Assembly: GCA_965230575.1 (NCBI GenBank)
Contig: OZ246013.1
Location: 5,338,798-5,402,797, forward strand
Length of the DNA stretch: 64,000 nucleotides
Reading direction: 5' to 3'
DNA from: Saprospiraceae bacterium
Lineage (GTDB): Bacteria > Bacteroidota > Bacteroidia > Chitinophagales > Saprospiraceae
The notes beneath the pieces were generated by a model, which saw nothing but the letters and a program-made list of their open reading frames with translations, did no database searches and was not told the origin of the DNA. Made by a program: the position numbers and the translations under genes. This document shows, in pieces, positions 22,061-31,297 of the stretch (position 1 is its first letter; each line of letters starts with the position of its first letter).

Positions 22061-22603
22061 ATGAAAATATATACTAAGACAGGTGATGAGGGGATGACTT
22101 CTCTTTATGGCGGAAAGCGCATATCAAAAGATGACATTCGGATTGAAGCATACGGTACGGTAGATGAATTGAATTCGAATATTGGATTGCTCATTTCTTC
22201 ACTTCCCAATGATGATCAAAAAGAATTGCTTCTGGAAATTCAAAAAAGATTGTTCACTATTGGATCTATTCTGGCTTCGGACCCTGATAAGGAGTTGCCA
22301 ACACCAGATTTATTGGAATCAGATGTAGAATTGCTTGAGAATGCCATGGATAATATGGACGCTCAGTTGGAGCCCTTGAGAACCTTTATCCTTCCAGGAG
22401 GCTCGGATAGCAACAGCAAAGCCCATATCTGCAGAACTGTGGCTCGAAGGGCAGAAAGAAGAATCATATCACTTGCTGGAATTGCAAACCTGGATCCTAT
22501 CGTTGTAATCTATTTAAATAGACTTAGTGATTACTTTTTTATTCTGAGCAGGAAAATTGCTCATGATCTGGGGCATGATGAGGTGCCTTGGGTGGCCAGA
22601 TAA
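22061..22603 (+). CDS. PduO-type ATP:cob(I)alamin adenosyltransferase
   Basis: MKIYTKTGDEGMTSLYGGKRISKDD...EAYGTVDELNS is the canonical PduO/MMAB N-terminus. The start is placed at the ATG at 22061; the 21941 upstream extension overlaps the ABC gene and is rejected. Confidence 0.85.
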   Translation: MKIYTKTGDEGMTSLYGGKRISKDDIRIEAYGTVDELNSNIGLLISSLPNDDQKELLLEIQKRLFTIGSILASDPDKELPTPDLLESDVELLENAMDNMDAQLEPLRTFILPGGSDSNSKAHICRTVARRAERRIISLAGIANLDPIVVIYLNRLSDYFFILSRKIAHDLGHDEVPWVAR

Positions 22604-22612
22604 TATTCCACT

Positions 22613-22641
22613 GTTTACTAAACTTTTAAAGTTTAGTAAAC
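22613..22641. repeat. Member of the dispersed palindrome family: gtttactaaacttttaaagtttagtaaac
   Basis: Located in the 38-bp gap between the convergent adenosyltransferase and carboxyltransferase genes. Confidence 0.75.
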
Positions 22642-24183
22642 TTACAATGGAATATTCCCATGCTTTTTCTTAGGCAGACTCACTGCCTTATTCTCCAACA
22701 TCGAGAATGCCTTAATTAACTTCCTTCTTGTATTTTTTGGCAGTATTACTTCATCAATAAACCCTCTTTGGGCCGCTGAGTAAGGATTAGCAAATAGATC
22801 TGCGTATTCCTGCTCTTTTTCTTTCAATGTAGCTTCTGGATCATCAGATGCAAGAATCTCTTTTCTGAAGATAATTTCACTGGCACCTTTAGCACCCATC
22901 ACTGCAATCTCGGCAGAAGGCCAGGCATAATTCATATCTGAACCTATATGTTTGCTATTCATCACATCATATGCACCTCCATATGCCTTTCTGGTAATCA
23001 ATGACACCCTTGGCACTGTAGCTTCACTCAATGCATAAAGCAATTTGGCTCCATTGGTGATGATGGCATTCCATTCTTGGTCAGTACCTGGTAAGAATCC
23101 TGGAACGTCTACAATCACTAGGAGCGGAATATTAAAACAGTCACAGAATCGCGTGAATCTGGCTGCCTTCTTAGAACTATTCACATCAAGACATCCTGCA
23201 AGGCTCATCGGTTGATTCGCAACAATGCCAATGCTTCTTCCGCCCAGACGAGCAAAACCCACCAAGATATTGTCAGCGTAGTTTTTATGAATTTCGAAAA
23301 ACGAATCTGCATCGATTATCCCTTTGATGACCTCATGCATGTCGTAGGGTTTGTTCGCATTTTCAGGTACGATAGATTCCAGTTCTTCTCTGATTTCTGT
23401 ACCCAATTCTATGTCCTCTTTTACTGGTTTTTCTTCGCAGTTTTGAGGGAGGTAACTGAGAAGCTGTTTTATTTTTTTAATACAATCCAGATCATTTCCA
23501 GCGGTCAAGTGCGTCACTCCAGATTTAGTAGAGTGGGTACTGGCTCCTCCTAATTCTTCAGAAGTGACCTCTTCATTCGTAACTGTTTTGACTACATTCG
23601 GACCAGTAACAAACATGTAACTCGAATTCTCAACCATAATGGTGAAATCTGTCATTGCGGGAGAATATACTGCACCACCTGCACATGGACCCATGATCGC
23701 GGATATCTGGGGAATTACACCAGAAGCCATGACATTGCGATAGAAAATATCGGCATATCCACCAAGAGAACGAACCCCTTCTTGAATCCTGGCTCCACCA
23801 CTGTCGTTCAATCCTATGAGTGGGGCGCCTACCTTCATGGCCATGTCCATGATCTTGCATATTTTTTCAGCATGTGTCTCGGACAATGAACCTCCGAAGA
23901 CAGTAAAATCCTGGGCAAATACATACACCAGCCTTCCGTCTATCGTGCCATATCCTGTTACCACTCCATCACCATTTATTATCTGGTCAGCCATCCCGAA
24001 GTCCTTAGTTCTGTGCGTGACCAGAATACCAATTTCTTCAAATGACCCTACATCCATGAGGAGATTGATTCTCTCTCTGGCAGTTAGCTTGCCTTTTTCA
24101 TGTTGCTTGTCGATCCTTTTCTGACCACCACCGAGATGAGCAGCTTCAACCTTTTTTTTGAGTATTTCTTGCTTATTATCCAT
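22642..24183 (-). CDS. pccB: Acyl-CoA carboxylase carboxyltransferase subunit (propionyl-CoA carboxylase beta / methylmalonyl-CoA carboxyltransferase family)
   Basis: 513 aa with full-length similarity to PccB: N-terminus [11 protein letters not shown] and tandem CoA carboxyltransferase N/C domains. Confidence 0.9.
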   Translation of the reverse strand: MDNKQEILKKKVEAAHLGGGQKRIDKQHEKGKLTARERINLLMDVGSFEEIGILVTHRTKDFGMADQIINGDGVVTGYGTIDGRLVYVFAQDFTVFGGSLSETHAEKICKIMDMAMKVGAPLIGLNDSGGARIQEGVRSLGGYADIFYRNVMASGVIPQISAIMGPCAGGAVYSPAMTDFTIMVENSSYMFVTGPNVVKTVTNEEVTSEELGGASTHSTKSGVTHLTAGNDLDCIKKIKQLLSYLPQNCEEKPVKEDIELGTEIREELESIVPENANKPYDMHEVIKGIIDADSFFEIHKNYADNILVGFARLGGRSIGIVANQPMSLAGCLDVNSSKKAARFTRFCDCFNIPLLVIVDVPGFLPGTDQEWNAIITNGAKLLYALSEATVPRVSLITRKAYGGAYDVMNSKHIGSDMNYAWPSAEIAVMGAKGASEIIFRKEILASDDPEATLKEKEQEYADLFANPYSAAQRGFIDEVILPKNTRRKLIKAFSMLENKAVSLPKKKHGNIPL

Positions 24184-24190
24184 CTCTTAT

Positions 24191-25663
24191 CTAATTTCTA
24201 CTTTTTGACCAAATGGCTGATTGGTGATTAATTGGACTTAATTTTTCCTTTAGTTTCAAATATTGTTTTACGGCGAAGACGGCTGCTATCTTGCGTTCCT
24301 CGCCTTGACTTTTTTCAATTGCATCTGCAGAAAAATTCTTCTTTACAAAATGGGTGTCAAAATTTCCTGAAACAAAGTCTTCATGTCTGAATACAAATGC
24401 ACCAAAAGGAAGCGTGGTTTCGATCCCTTCAATCTTGTATTGCGCTATGGCTTTTATCATGGTATCTATTGACGATTGTCTGTCATGACCATAAGTGATC
24501 AATTTTGCAATCATAGGATCGTAATAAATAGGAATATCCATACCTTCTTCATAGCCATCATCCACCCTTATATTTTCACCCGTCGGTCTTTGATATACGG
24601 ATAGGTTTCCGATACTTGGCAAAAAATCATTCATAGGATCTTCTGCATACACCCTCAGCTCCATGGCATGTCCCTGTATCTTCAGATCTGATTGTTGAAT
24701 ACTTAATTTTTCTCCTCTGGCGACTCTGATTTGCTGTTCTACGAGATCCACACCTGTGATCAATTCTGTGACCGGATGTTCGACTTGAAGTCTTGTATTC
24801 ATCTCGAGGAAGTAAAAATTCTTTTGATCATCCAAGAGAAATTCTACGGTTCCTGCGCCTTCATAATTGCATGCTTTTGCCACCTTAACCGCGGCTTCAC
24901 CCATAGCTTCTCTGAGGCTAGGGGAGAGTACGCTTGAAGGAGCCTCTTCTATTACTTTTTGATGTCTTCGTTGGATGCTGCATTCTCTCTCGAAAAGATG
25001 GATCATATTGCCATGTCGATCTGCCAATACCTGGATTTCAATATGACGAGGAGAAGTGACATATTTCTCGATGAATACTGACCCATCTCCAAAAGCTGAT
25101 TTTGCTTCACTGATGGCACGTTCCATTTGTTCGGGCAACTCTTCAGCATTCTGTACGATCCTCATTCCTTTTCCCCCACCTCCTGCAGATGCTTTAATTA
25201 GGATTGGGAATCCGATATCCAAGGCAATGGATTTGGCTTTTTCTACATCTTCAATGGCCTCATCGATTCCAGGAACCATGGGGATGTCGTATGACTTTAC
25301 AGCATCTTTTGCTGCCAGTTTGCTACCCATTACTTCGATGGCTTGCACATTTGGCCCTATGAATGTAAAGTCTGTCTTATTTATAGCCCTGGCAAATTCA
25401 GCATTTTCACTTAAAAAACCATACCCTGGATGTATTCCATCTGCACCTGTTTTTTTTGCAGCATCGATTATTTTATCAATGACGAGGTAAGAATCAGATG
25501 AAGGTGCCGGACCAATATTTATAGCTTCGTCAGCGAACAAAACGTGTGGGGCATGTCTATCTATTTCAGAATAGACGGCTACCGTTTTGATACCCATTTT
25601 CCTGGCTGAGCGCATTATTCTCAGTGCTATTTCACCTCTATTGGCTACAAGAATTTTTTTCAT
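24191..25663 (-). CDS. accC: Biotin carboxylase subunit of the acyl-CoA carboxylase
   Basis: N-terminus MKKILVANRGEIALRIMRSARKMGI. ATP-grasp domain followed by the biotin carboxylase C-terminal domain. 490 aa. Confidence 0.9.
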   Translation of the reverse strand: MKKILVANRGEIALRIMRSARKMGIKTVAVYSEIDRHAPHVLFADEAINIGPAPSSDSYLVIDKIIDAAKKTGADGIHPGYGFLSENAEFARAINKTDFTFIGPNVQAIEVMGSKLAAKDAVKSYDIPMVPGIDEAIEDVEKAKSIALDIGFPILIKASAGGGGKGMRIVQNAEELPEQMERAISEAKSAFGDGSVFIEKYVTSPRHIEIQVLADRHGNMIHLFERECSIQRRHQKVIEEAPSSVLSPSLREAMGEAAVKVAKACNYEGAGTVEFLLDDQKNFYFLEMNTRLQVEHPVTELITGVDLVEQQIRVARGEKLSIQQSDLKIQGHAMELRVYAEDPMNDFLPSIGNLSVYQRPTGENIRVDDGYEEGMDIPIYYDPMIAKLITYGHDRQSSIDTMIKAIAQYKIEGIETTLPFGAFVFRHEDFVSGNFDTHFVKKNFSADAIEKSQGEERKIAAVFAVKQYLKLKEKLSPINHQSAIWSKSRN

Positions 25664-25707
25664 TAAGATTGTACTTTGATAGATTTAATCAGATGAGAAT
25701 AAAATGA

Positions 25708-26184
25708 TCAGCTAATTTCGATGATTAATTGTCCTTTTTCGACAGTATTTCCGATCGATTTATGGATTTTCTCGATTGTTCCGCTGCCTTCAGCTTTTAT
25801 CACATTTTCCATTTTCATGGCCTCCAAAATAAGCAGTGAACTGCCTTCTTCGATTTCGTCTCCCTCCTTGCACATAATATCCAGGATAAGACCAGGCATT
25901 GGTGCAATGATATTATTTGACTTTTGTTCATCAATATTAGACAAGCCCATGGATTCTACCTGCTGGTCCAGTGGATCAAGGATGGTCGCCTCCAAATGCC
26001 AATCATTGATTCTTAGTAGTTGAGTTTTACCTTGGTTGTCTATCGAATCGGGCAATATATTGTAGGAAATGGCATTGTCCAATACTTGATACAGCCCTTT
26101 GTTGCTATCAAAAGAAACATCTAAATTGTCCAAATCTTCTTGATTGACAATGAATTCCTGACCTTCGATTAGAACTTTATACAT
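25708..26184 (-). CDS. Biotin carboxyl carrier protein (biotin/lipoyl attachment domain)
   Basis: The C-terminal EAMKMEN segment contains the biotinylated Lys motif (A/E)MKM. 158 aa. Confidence 0.8.
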   Translation of the reverse strand: MYKVLIEGQEFIVNQEDLDNLDVSFDSNKGLYQVLDNAISYNILPDSIDNQGKTQLLRINDWHLEATILDPLDQQVESMGLSNIDEQKSNNIIAPMPGLILDIMCKEGDEIEEGSSLLILEAMKMENVIKAEGSGTIEKIHKSIGNTVEKGQLIIEIS

Positions 26185-26356
26185 CGTTGAAATTTTGAAT
26201 CACAAAAGTAATAAAAGTGTGTATACTTTTGTTCAGTATTTTAATCAAGATAATGAGGACTAATCATTTTAAAAATGATATTCATCTAAAATTATTTTAA
26301 AGACAGGAATTAAGGTACTATTCTTGCAATAAATAAGTATAACCGTTGATCGCGAA

Positions 26357-28615
26357 ATGGATTTAAAATTAAATAAGGCACCATTAGATGCTTCAGAGTC
26401 GCTTGGCTATTGGAAAGATATACCAATAGAGGATATTGCTCCATTGCGACTGCATCAAAGAATAGATCAATCCATAGGCGGACTTGTCGAATTACTCGAG
26501 CAGATACATCAGGCAGAAAATGATGCTACCAATCTATATTTATCTTTTGTTTGGTCCAGCACTGTTCGTGACTTCACTATTTTGTTGAGAGACTCACTCC
26601 TGGCTTCGGTAAAGGAAGAACAATTAAGAAAGGATGATAGAAATATCCAAGAATCGATAGCCCAAAAAATCCAAACGGTAATTCAAAATGCAGCTACTGA
26701 GGTATGGACTGAAATAAGTACAAGTGGTGACAAGAAACATGACACCAAAGCCTGGCAACATCAAGAAAGTCCTATCACTGAAGTCATAAAACAATTAAAG
26801 GAACTTCAAAAACAATGCAAAAAGATTCATAGGAGTGGTGTGAAGATCGATGATATTCGAACGAATATTGGAGATTATGTCAAGGACTTTCATATTCAAT
26901 ATTCAAAACAATCTAAAGCAGTAAAGGAATTGTTTGATATTGTGGATGAAGTGAAATCATTAATCGCAGGAATAACTTCGGAGTCTTCTGAGACCATGAT
27001 TAATAATGTTGTTGATGAGATAGGAGAAAATAGTCTAAAACTGGAAAAGGTTCAAGGAACAGATTCAATTGAAATCCTGCCTTATGAAAATAAAGAAACG
27101 CTCAATATCCCAATTTCTACAACTGGTGGAGTGCTTAATTTCAAGTCGATCAATATAAAATCTGAATTTGCGAGGTGGTTTTCTTCTTTTATCTACCCGC
27201 AGATCGTGGAATTGGAGAGTAAGAGAGATCATGCTGTAGAAAAGTGTCTATTGGCATTCAGTCAAATTAGAACTAAAATAGCGGCAATTTCTTTGGCTGA
27301 TATTGATGATACCGTAGGATTACAAAAGGATTTTGGTACCATATTCTCTCAACTGGATAAAGAGGTGTTGGAATCTCTAAAGGAAGAGGAAGAAGAAACA
27401 AATGCCCTGGTATCCCTGCATGAAAGTAAATTTTTAGTGGCCTCAAATGTGTATTCGAATGAAACGCTTTTCCTCCCGGAGAGTGGGACTAGTCAGATTT
27501 CGAATATGAGCCGGGATGCTCAAAAGAGATTACTCAGCTACTTCGATAAATATAAAAGAGACCTAAAGCATTATATAAATAGAGTGCTTTCCAGGTATGT
27601 GGAGATGGACAAAACATCTTATAGTCAGTATATCAAGAATCAGATGACGATTTATGAAGAAGATGACTCTTTGGCTCTTTTTATGAAAAATGGATATTTG
27701 GGAAAATCATTTACCGTGCCGCGTCCAGAATTGATGAATGTCATTCTTGATGAATACAACTTGTGGATGGATGGTTTTGCTGGAGCCGTATTGGTTTCAG
27801 GAGTGACTGGAAGAGGCAAAAGCACATTACTTGGAATGATTAACCAAATAGGGTTGAATGAAGAAATAATCCTATTGAAAACGGGTGAATCTTATTTTAT
27901 TCGTCACAGGTCATATGATGCAAATTATAACCTGAAAGAATTACTGGATCATGTGCGCGATCAAAGCAGAGGTGAAAAAATAGTAGTGTGTATTGATGAT
28001 TTAGAGTTGTGGCATGATGATGAATATGGCTTGTATGACAACATCACCAAGCTTTTCGAAGCAATGGTTAGATATAGGTCAAAGATGTTTTTTGTTGTGA
28101 CCTGTTCTCCTTTTTTGAAAGAAAGAATAAAATTGCTGAAAGATTTGAAAGCAGTTTTTTCTAGTCAGATTGAATTGGGAAAAATGAATTCTGGCCAAAT
28201 AAAAAATGCTTTGGATCTTAGGGCTAGGGTAAAGGATGTGGCAAGTATTCCAGGAGTGGATATGGAAGCTCGCTTTAGAAATATCATTCGTGATTCCAGG
28301 GGGAATATAGGTCAGGCAATGATGGAGTATTGTCGACTGTACAATGAAAATTACAAACCTAATTTGAAATCTCAGGAATTCAAGGAGGTGATTAGAATGC
28401 ATCAGACATTGTTGTTGTTTATCTCATCTTACCAAATGACATCATTGAGTATTTTGTTGGAGTCATTATCTGAAATTGATTATACAGAAACATTGAGATC
28501 AATAGATCACTTGGTAGGTCAAAAGATCCTTATTCGACCGAAGAAGGGATATATCTCGATTAATCCCTTGTTGATACATACCATTGAACGTACATTGTCA
28601 AAACTTCGAAAATAG
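26357..28615 (+). CDS. Uncharacterised 752-aa P-loop NTPase: a ~460-aa helical N-terminal domain of unknown function, then a Walker A/B ATPase core, then a C-terminal winged-helix-like tail
   Basis: Walker A VSGVTGRGKSTLLG near residue 475. Walker B KIVVCIDDLELW. Possible sensor segment FFVVTCSP. No family recognised by eye. Confidence 0.55.
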   Translation: MDLKLNKAPLDASESLGYWKDIPIEDIAPLRLHQRIDQSIGGLVELLEQIHQAENDATNLYLSFVWSSTVRDFTILLRDSLLASVKEEQLRKDDRNIQESIAQKIQTVIQNAATEVWTEISTSGDKKHDTKAWQHQESPITEVIKQLKELQKQCKKIHRSGVKIDDIRTNIGDYVKDFHIQYSKQSKAVKELFDIVDEVKSLIAGITSESSETMINNVVDEIGENSLKLEKVQGTDSIEILPYENKETLNIPISTTGGVLNFKSINIKSEFARWFSSFIYPQIVELESKRDHAVEKCLLAFSQIRTKIAAISLADIDDTVGLQKDFGTIFSQLDKEVLESLKEEEEETNALVSLHESKFLVASNVYSNETLFLPESGTSQISNMSRDAQKRLLSYFDKYKRDLKHYINRVLSRYVEMDKTSYSQYIKNQMTIYEEDDSLALFMKNGYLGKSFTVPRPELMNVILDEYNLWMDGFAGAVLVSGVTGRGKSTLLGMINQIGLNEEIILLKTGESYFIRHRSYDANYNLKELLDHVRDQSRGEKIVVCIDDLELWHDDEYGLYDNITKLFEAMVRYRSKMFFVVTCSPFLKERIKLLKDLKAVFSSQIELGKMNSGQIKNALDLRARVKDVASIPGVDMEARFRNIIRDSRGNIGQAMMEYCRLYNENYKPNLKSQEFKEVIRMHQTLLLFISSYQMTSLSILLESLSEIDYTETLRSIDHLVGQKILIRPKKGYISINPLLIHTIERTLSKLRK

Positions 28616-29302
28616 ATGGAAGAATTAAGAGGATACGTATTTCTTTCCTGGACACAATTTTTTATGATTGCTGTGATAATAGCCGCAGTAATTTTCATTT
28701 TGAGTAGATTCCATCTTTTTATCAATCATGAAAAGGATAGGTCGATAGGGTTCAGAATGTTGGACTACCTACTTATCATGCTTGTTGTGGTAGCGTTCAT
28801 ATTGATACGACCATTCGATCACATATTGCTTTTGCTGGTTGTTTTTGGATTTTTTTTCAAGAATATTGTGTCTTATTCAAGGGCTCTATTCAGTCTGTAT
28901 TTTTCAAATGTGAGTTTTGGGGATAGGATTAAAATAGGTGATGTATCTGGTACGTTAAAGAGTATGAATTTTGGTGGTCTACATATTATTACTGAAGAGA
29001 ATAAGGTTTACTTCCCTTTCAATATGTGGAATGAAAATAAAATTGTCTTAGAATCAGAATCAGGAAAAATATTGGTGTCATTTGAATGTACAGATCAACA
29101 AGGGAGAAATGACCATCATTCCATTCACGATTTAGAAAAAAGCCTTTTCAATTACCCCTATTTGGCAGTTTCTAATGTATCTATTGATAAAGAAGCAGAC
29201 GTATTCAAAGTAGTTGCGAGAATCTCAGATTCAAAATATAGAAGTGGTTTATTCGACCATATTGACAAAGCAGGATTTCGTTTAAAAGGAAATATAATAT
29301 AA
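28616..29302 (+). CDS. Small MscS-like (mechanosensitive-channel-family) membrane protein
   Basis: Two to three TM helices are followed by FGDRIKIGDVSGTLKSMNFGGLHIITEENKVYFPFNMW. This aligns with the MscS beta-domain signature G(E/D)xhxhGGVxGTVxxhxhRxTxhRTxDGxhhxIPN. The ATG directly follows the NTPase stop (TAG 28613-15 / ATG 28616). Confidence 0.5.
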   Translation: MEELRGYVFLSWTQFFMIAVIIAAVIFILSRFHLFINHEKDRSIGFRMLDYLLIMLVVVAFILIRPFDHILLLLVVFGFFFKNIVSYSRALFSLYFSNVSFGDRIKIGDVSGTLKSMNFGGLHIITEENKVYFPFNMWNENKIVLESESGKILVSFECTDQQGRNDHHSIHDLEKSLFNYPYLAVSNVSIDKEADVFKVVARISDSKYRSGLFDHIDKAGFRLKGNII

Positions 29303-29311
29303 ATTGGACTT

Positions 29312-30622
29312 ATGGATTTATCATCACCTTATTCGCTGATTATAATTGCTACCGTTGTTTTAATAATTTCATTCTTTTTTGGGGAATTATCAAAACGTAC
29401 AAGCATTCCGTCAGTATTGATGCTCATTGTTCTGGGTGTAGTGTTGAAGATTGGCTTGGATTCTTTGGGGATGACGGACCTTGATTTTAAGAAAGAGCTG
29501 GAGATTCTGGGGATTGTGGGATTAATCATGATTGTTCTGGAAGCTGCGCTCGAATTGAAACTGGAACGTAGCAAATTGGCGCCCATTCTCATTTCCCTTG
29601 GGATAGCTTTGGTCGGTTTGGTGTTGTCAACATGGATTACGGCAGAACTATTGTATTTCTTCATTCCTTTTTTCAAGAGTGAATATATTATTCAAGTGGC
29701 TGGAGAAGCCGTCAATCAAGGAAAATTGGTAGCTTGGATATATGCAACTCCATTGTCTATTCTCTCAAGTGCCATTATTATACCGAGTGTCGTAGACCTC
29801 AAGCAAGACAAAAAAGAATTTCACATATACGAAAGCACATTTTCTGATATTTTAGGAATTATGCTTTTTTACTTTCTCAAGGGCTTGTACATCATTCCTG
29901 GCGAACCATCGAATGGCGGCGTGGGCAGTTTTGCGTTTACCACTGTTTTGACCTTGGTGATAGCCATAGTAGCCAGTTATTTACTAGTGCTTATATTTCA
30001 AAAAATTAGCTCTCAGACCAAGCTCTTTTTACTGATATCCACCTTGCTCCTCATTTATTCAGTAGCAAAGTTGCAGCACTTGTCATCCTTGCTTATCATT
30101 CTTGTATTTGGACTAGTGATTGCGAACAAAGATCTTTTCTTCTTCGGCCCTTTCAAAAAATGGTTGGACAAAAAGAAGGCCGATGAGATCTATCACGGAT
30201 TACATACCATTACGATGGAGACGGCATTTGTGGTACGTACATTTTTCTTTGTAGTCTTTGGCTTGACGATTGTATTTTCGACACTTGCGAGCTGGTCGGT
30301 ATTTGGGATATCATTATTGTGTTTGGCCGTAATTTACATCATTCGGTTTGTGCTTTTGCGCGTGAGTATTGGACAGGATATAGTACCGCAGCTATATATT
30401 GCACCACGAGGATTGATTACAATATTGTTGTTTTATGATATTGGGGACAAGCTGATGAGAGATGAATTTAGCCCTGGTATTTTGCTCTTTATTATTATTG
30501 GTACCAGTTTAATTATGACAGGAAGTCTCATTTTTGATAAACAAAGAACAAATAAAGCTATTAATAAGGTGAAGTCTACCGATGTATCCGAAATGAAATG
30601 GAAGGCACCGGAAGTCAATTGA
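29312..30622 (+). CDS. Cation:proton antiporter-like polytopic membrane protein (CPA/NhaP-like fold, no cytoplasmic regulatory domain)
   Basis: About 12 predicted TM helices. N-terminus ...FFFGELSKRTSIPSVLMLIVLGVVLKIGL resembles the Na+/H+ exchanger family start. Confidence 0.5.
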   Translation: MDLSSPYSLIIIATVVLIISFFFGELSKRTSIPSVLMLIVLGVVLKIGLDSLGMTDLDFKKELEILGIVGLIMIVLEAALELKLERSKLAPILISLGIALVGLVLSTWITAELLYFFIPFFKSEYIIQVAGEAVNQGKLVAWIYATPLSILSSAIIIPSVVDLKQDKKEFHIYESTFSDILGIMLFYFLKGLYIIPGEPSNGGVGSFAFTTVLTLVIAIVASYLLVLIFQKISSQTKLFLLISTLLLIYSVAKLQHLSSLLIILVFGLVIANKDLFFFGPFKKWLDKKKADEIYHGLHTITMETAFVVRTFFFVVFGLTIVFSTLASWSVFGISLLCLAVIYIIRFVLLRVSIGQDIVPQLYIAPRGLITILLFYDIGDKLMRDEFSPGILLFIIIGTSLIMTGSLIFDKQRTNKAINKVKSTDVSEMKWKAPEVN

Positions 30623-30650
30623 TATATCTATACTTAACTAAATATTTAAA

Positions 30651-30854
30651 ATGGAAGATCAAAACAATCAAAATCAAAACATTAATGTCAAAGTAATTCC
30701 TGGAGGTCCTTTGATGATTACTGGCACTTGTGAAATTACCCATTCTGATGGGAATACTGAAACCAAAGAAAACAGAACCACTTTTTGTAGATGTGGGGCA
30801 TCGGCAAATAAACCATTTTGTGATGGAGCGCATAAGTCGATAGAGTGGGAATAA
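30651..30854 (+). CDS. CDGSH iron-sulfur domain protein
   Basis: FCRCGASANKPFCDGAHK matches the CDGSH 2Fe-2S-binding signature C-x-C-x2-(S/T)-x3-P-x-C-D-G-(S/A/T)-H. Confidence 0.8.
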   Translation: MEDQNNQNQNINVKVIPGGPLMITGTCEITHSDGNTETKENRTTFCRCGASANKPFCDGAHKSIEWE

Positions 30855-31035
30855 TATTGCGCAGGTATACTATACTTCTAAAGTTGATTATACCTCTACG
30901 CAAAATGAGGGATATTCATTAGTAGGAATATCCTTTATAAATTATTGATTGTATAGGTATTACTTCTGATTTGAAACCCCGTTTTTCTAATATTTTACCT
31001 AAATACGAGGTATTATTTTCAACCTAGATTAATCC

Positions 31036-31235
31036 TTCGCCAGGAAGGGCGTTCATTTTTTGCATTGCCAAAAAAACGAACCAAAAAAGTCTAGACTGGC
31101 CCAATGCAGCGCGCATGGCTGCTCCCACATCCCAAAGCCCAGTCAGGGCCACGCTTCTTTTATCTCTTGGTTATTTCTGGAGCTATCTTCTTTGAAAGTT
31201 AGTATACTCCTGAAAATGCCTAGTATACCTGAACG
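31036..31235. repeat. Copy A of a ~195-bp GC-rich non-coding repeat. It shares about 85% identity with copy B at 35335..35530.
   Basis: Aligned by eye. A shared core runs ...aagggcgttc...agactggc...gcgcatggctgctcccacatcccaaagcccagtca...cgcttcttttatctcttggttatttctggagcta...ctttgaaagttagtatactcctgaa. Confidence 0.8.
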
Positions 31236-31297
31236 CAAATGAAAAAAGGTACAGAATCAAATTTCCGTACCTTTTTTGGTTTATAAGTGTCTTATGA

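Noticed and set aside
31060-31242. 60-aa ORF (MHCQKNEPKK...) overlapping repeat copy A
   Set aside because: It lies entirely inside the GC-rich non-coding repeat. Copy B has no equivalent intact ORF, and the composition is atypical for coding sequence.
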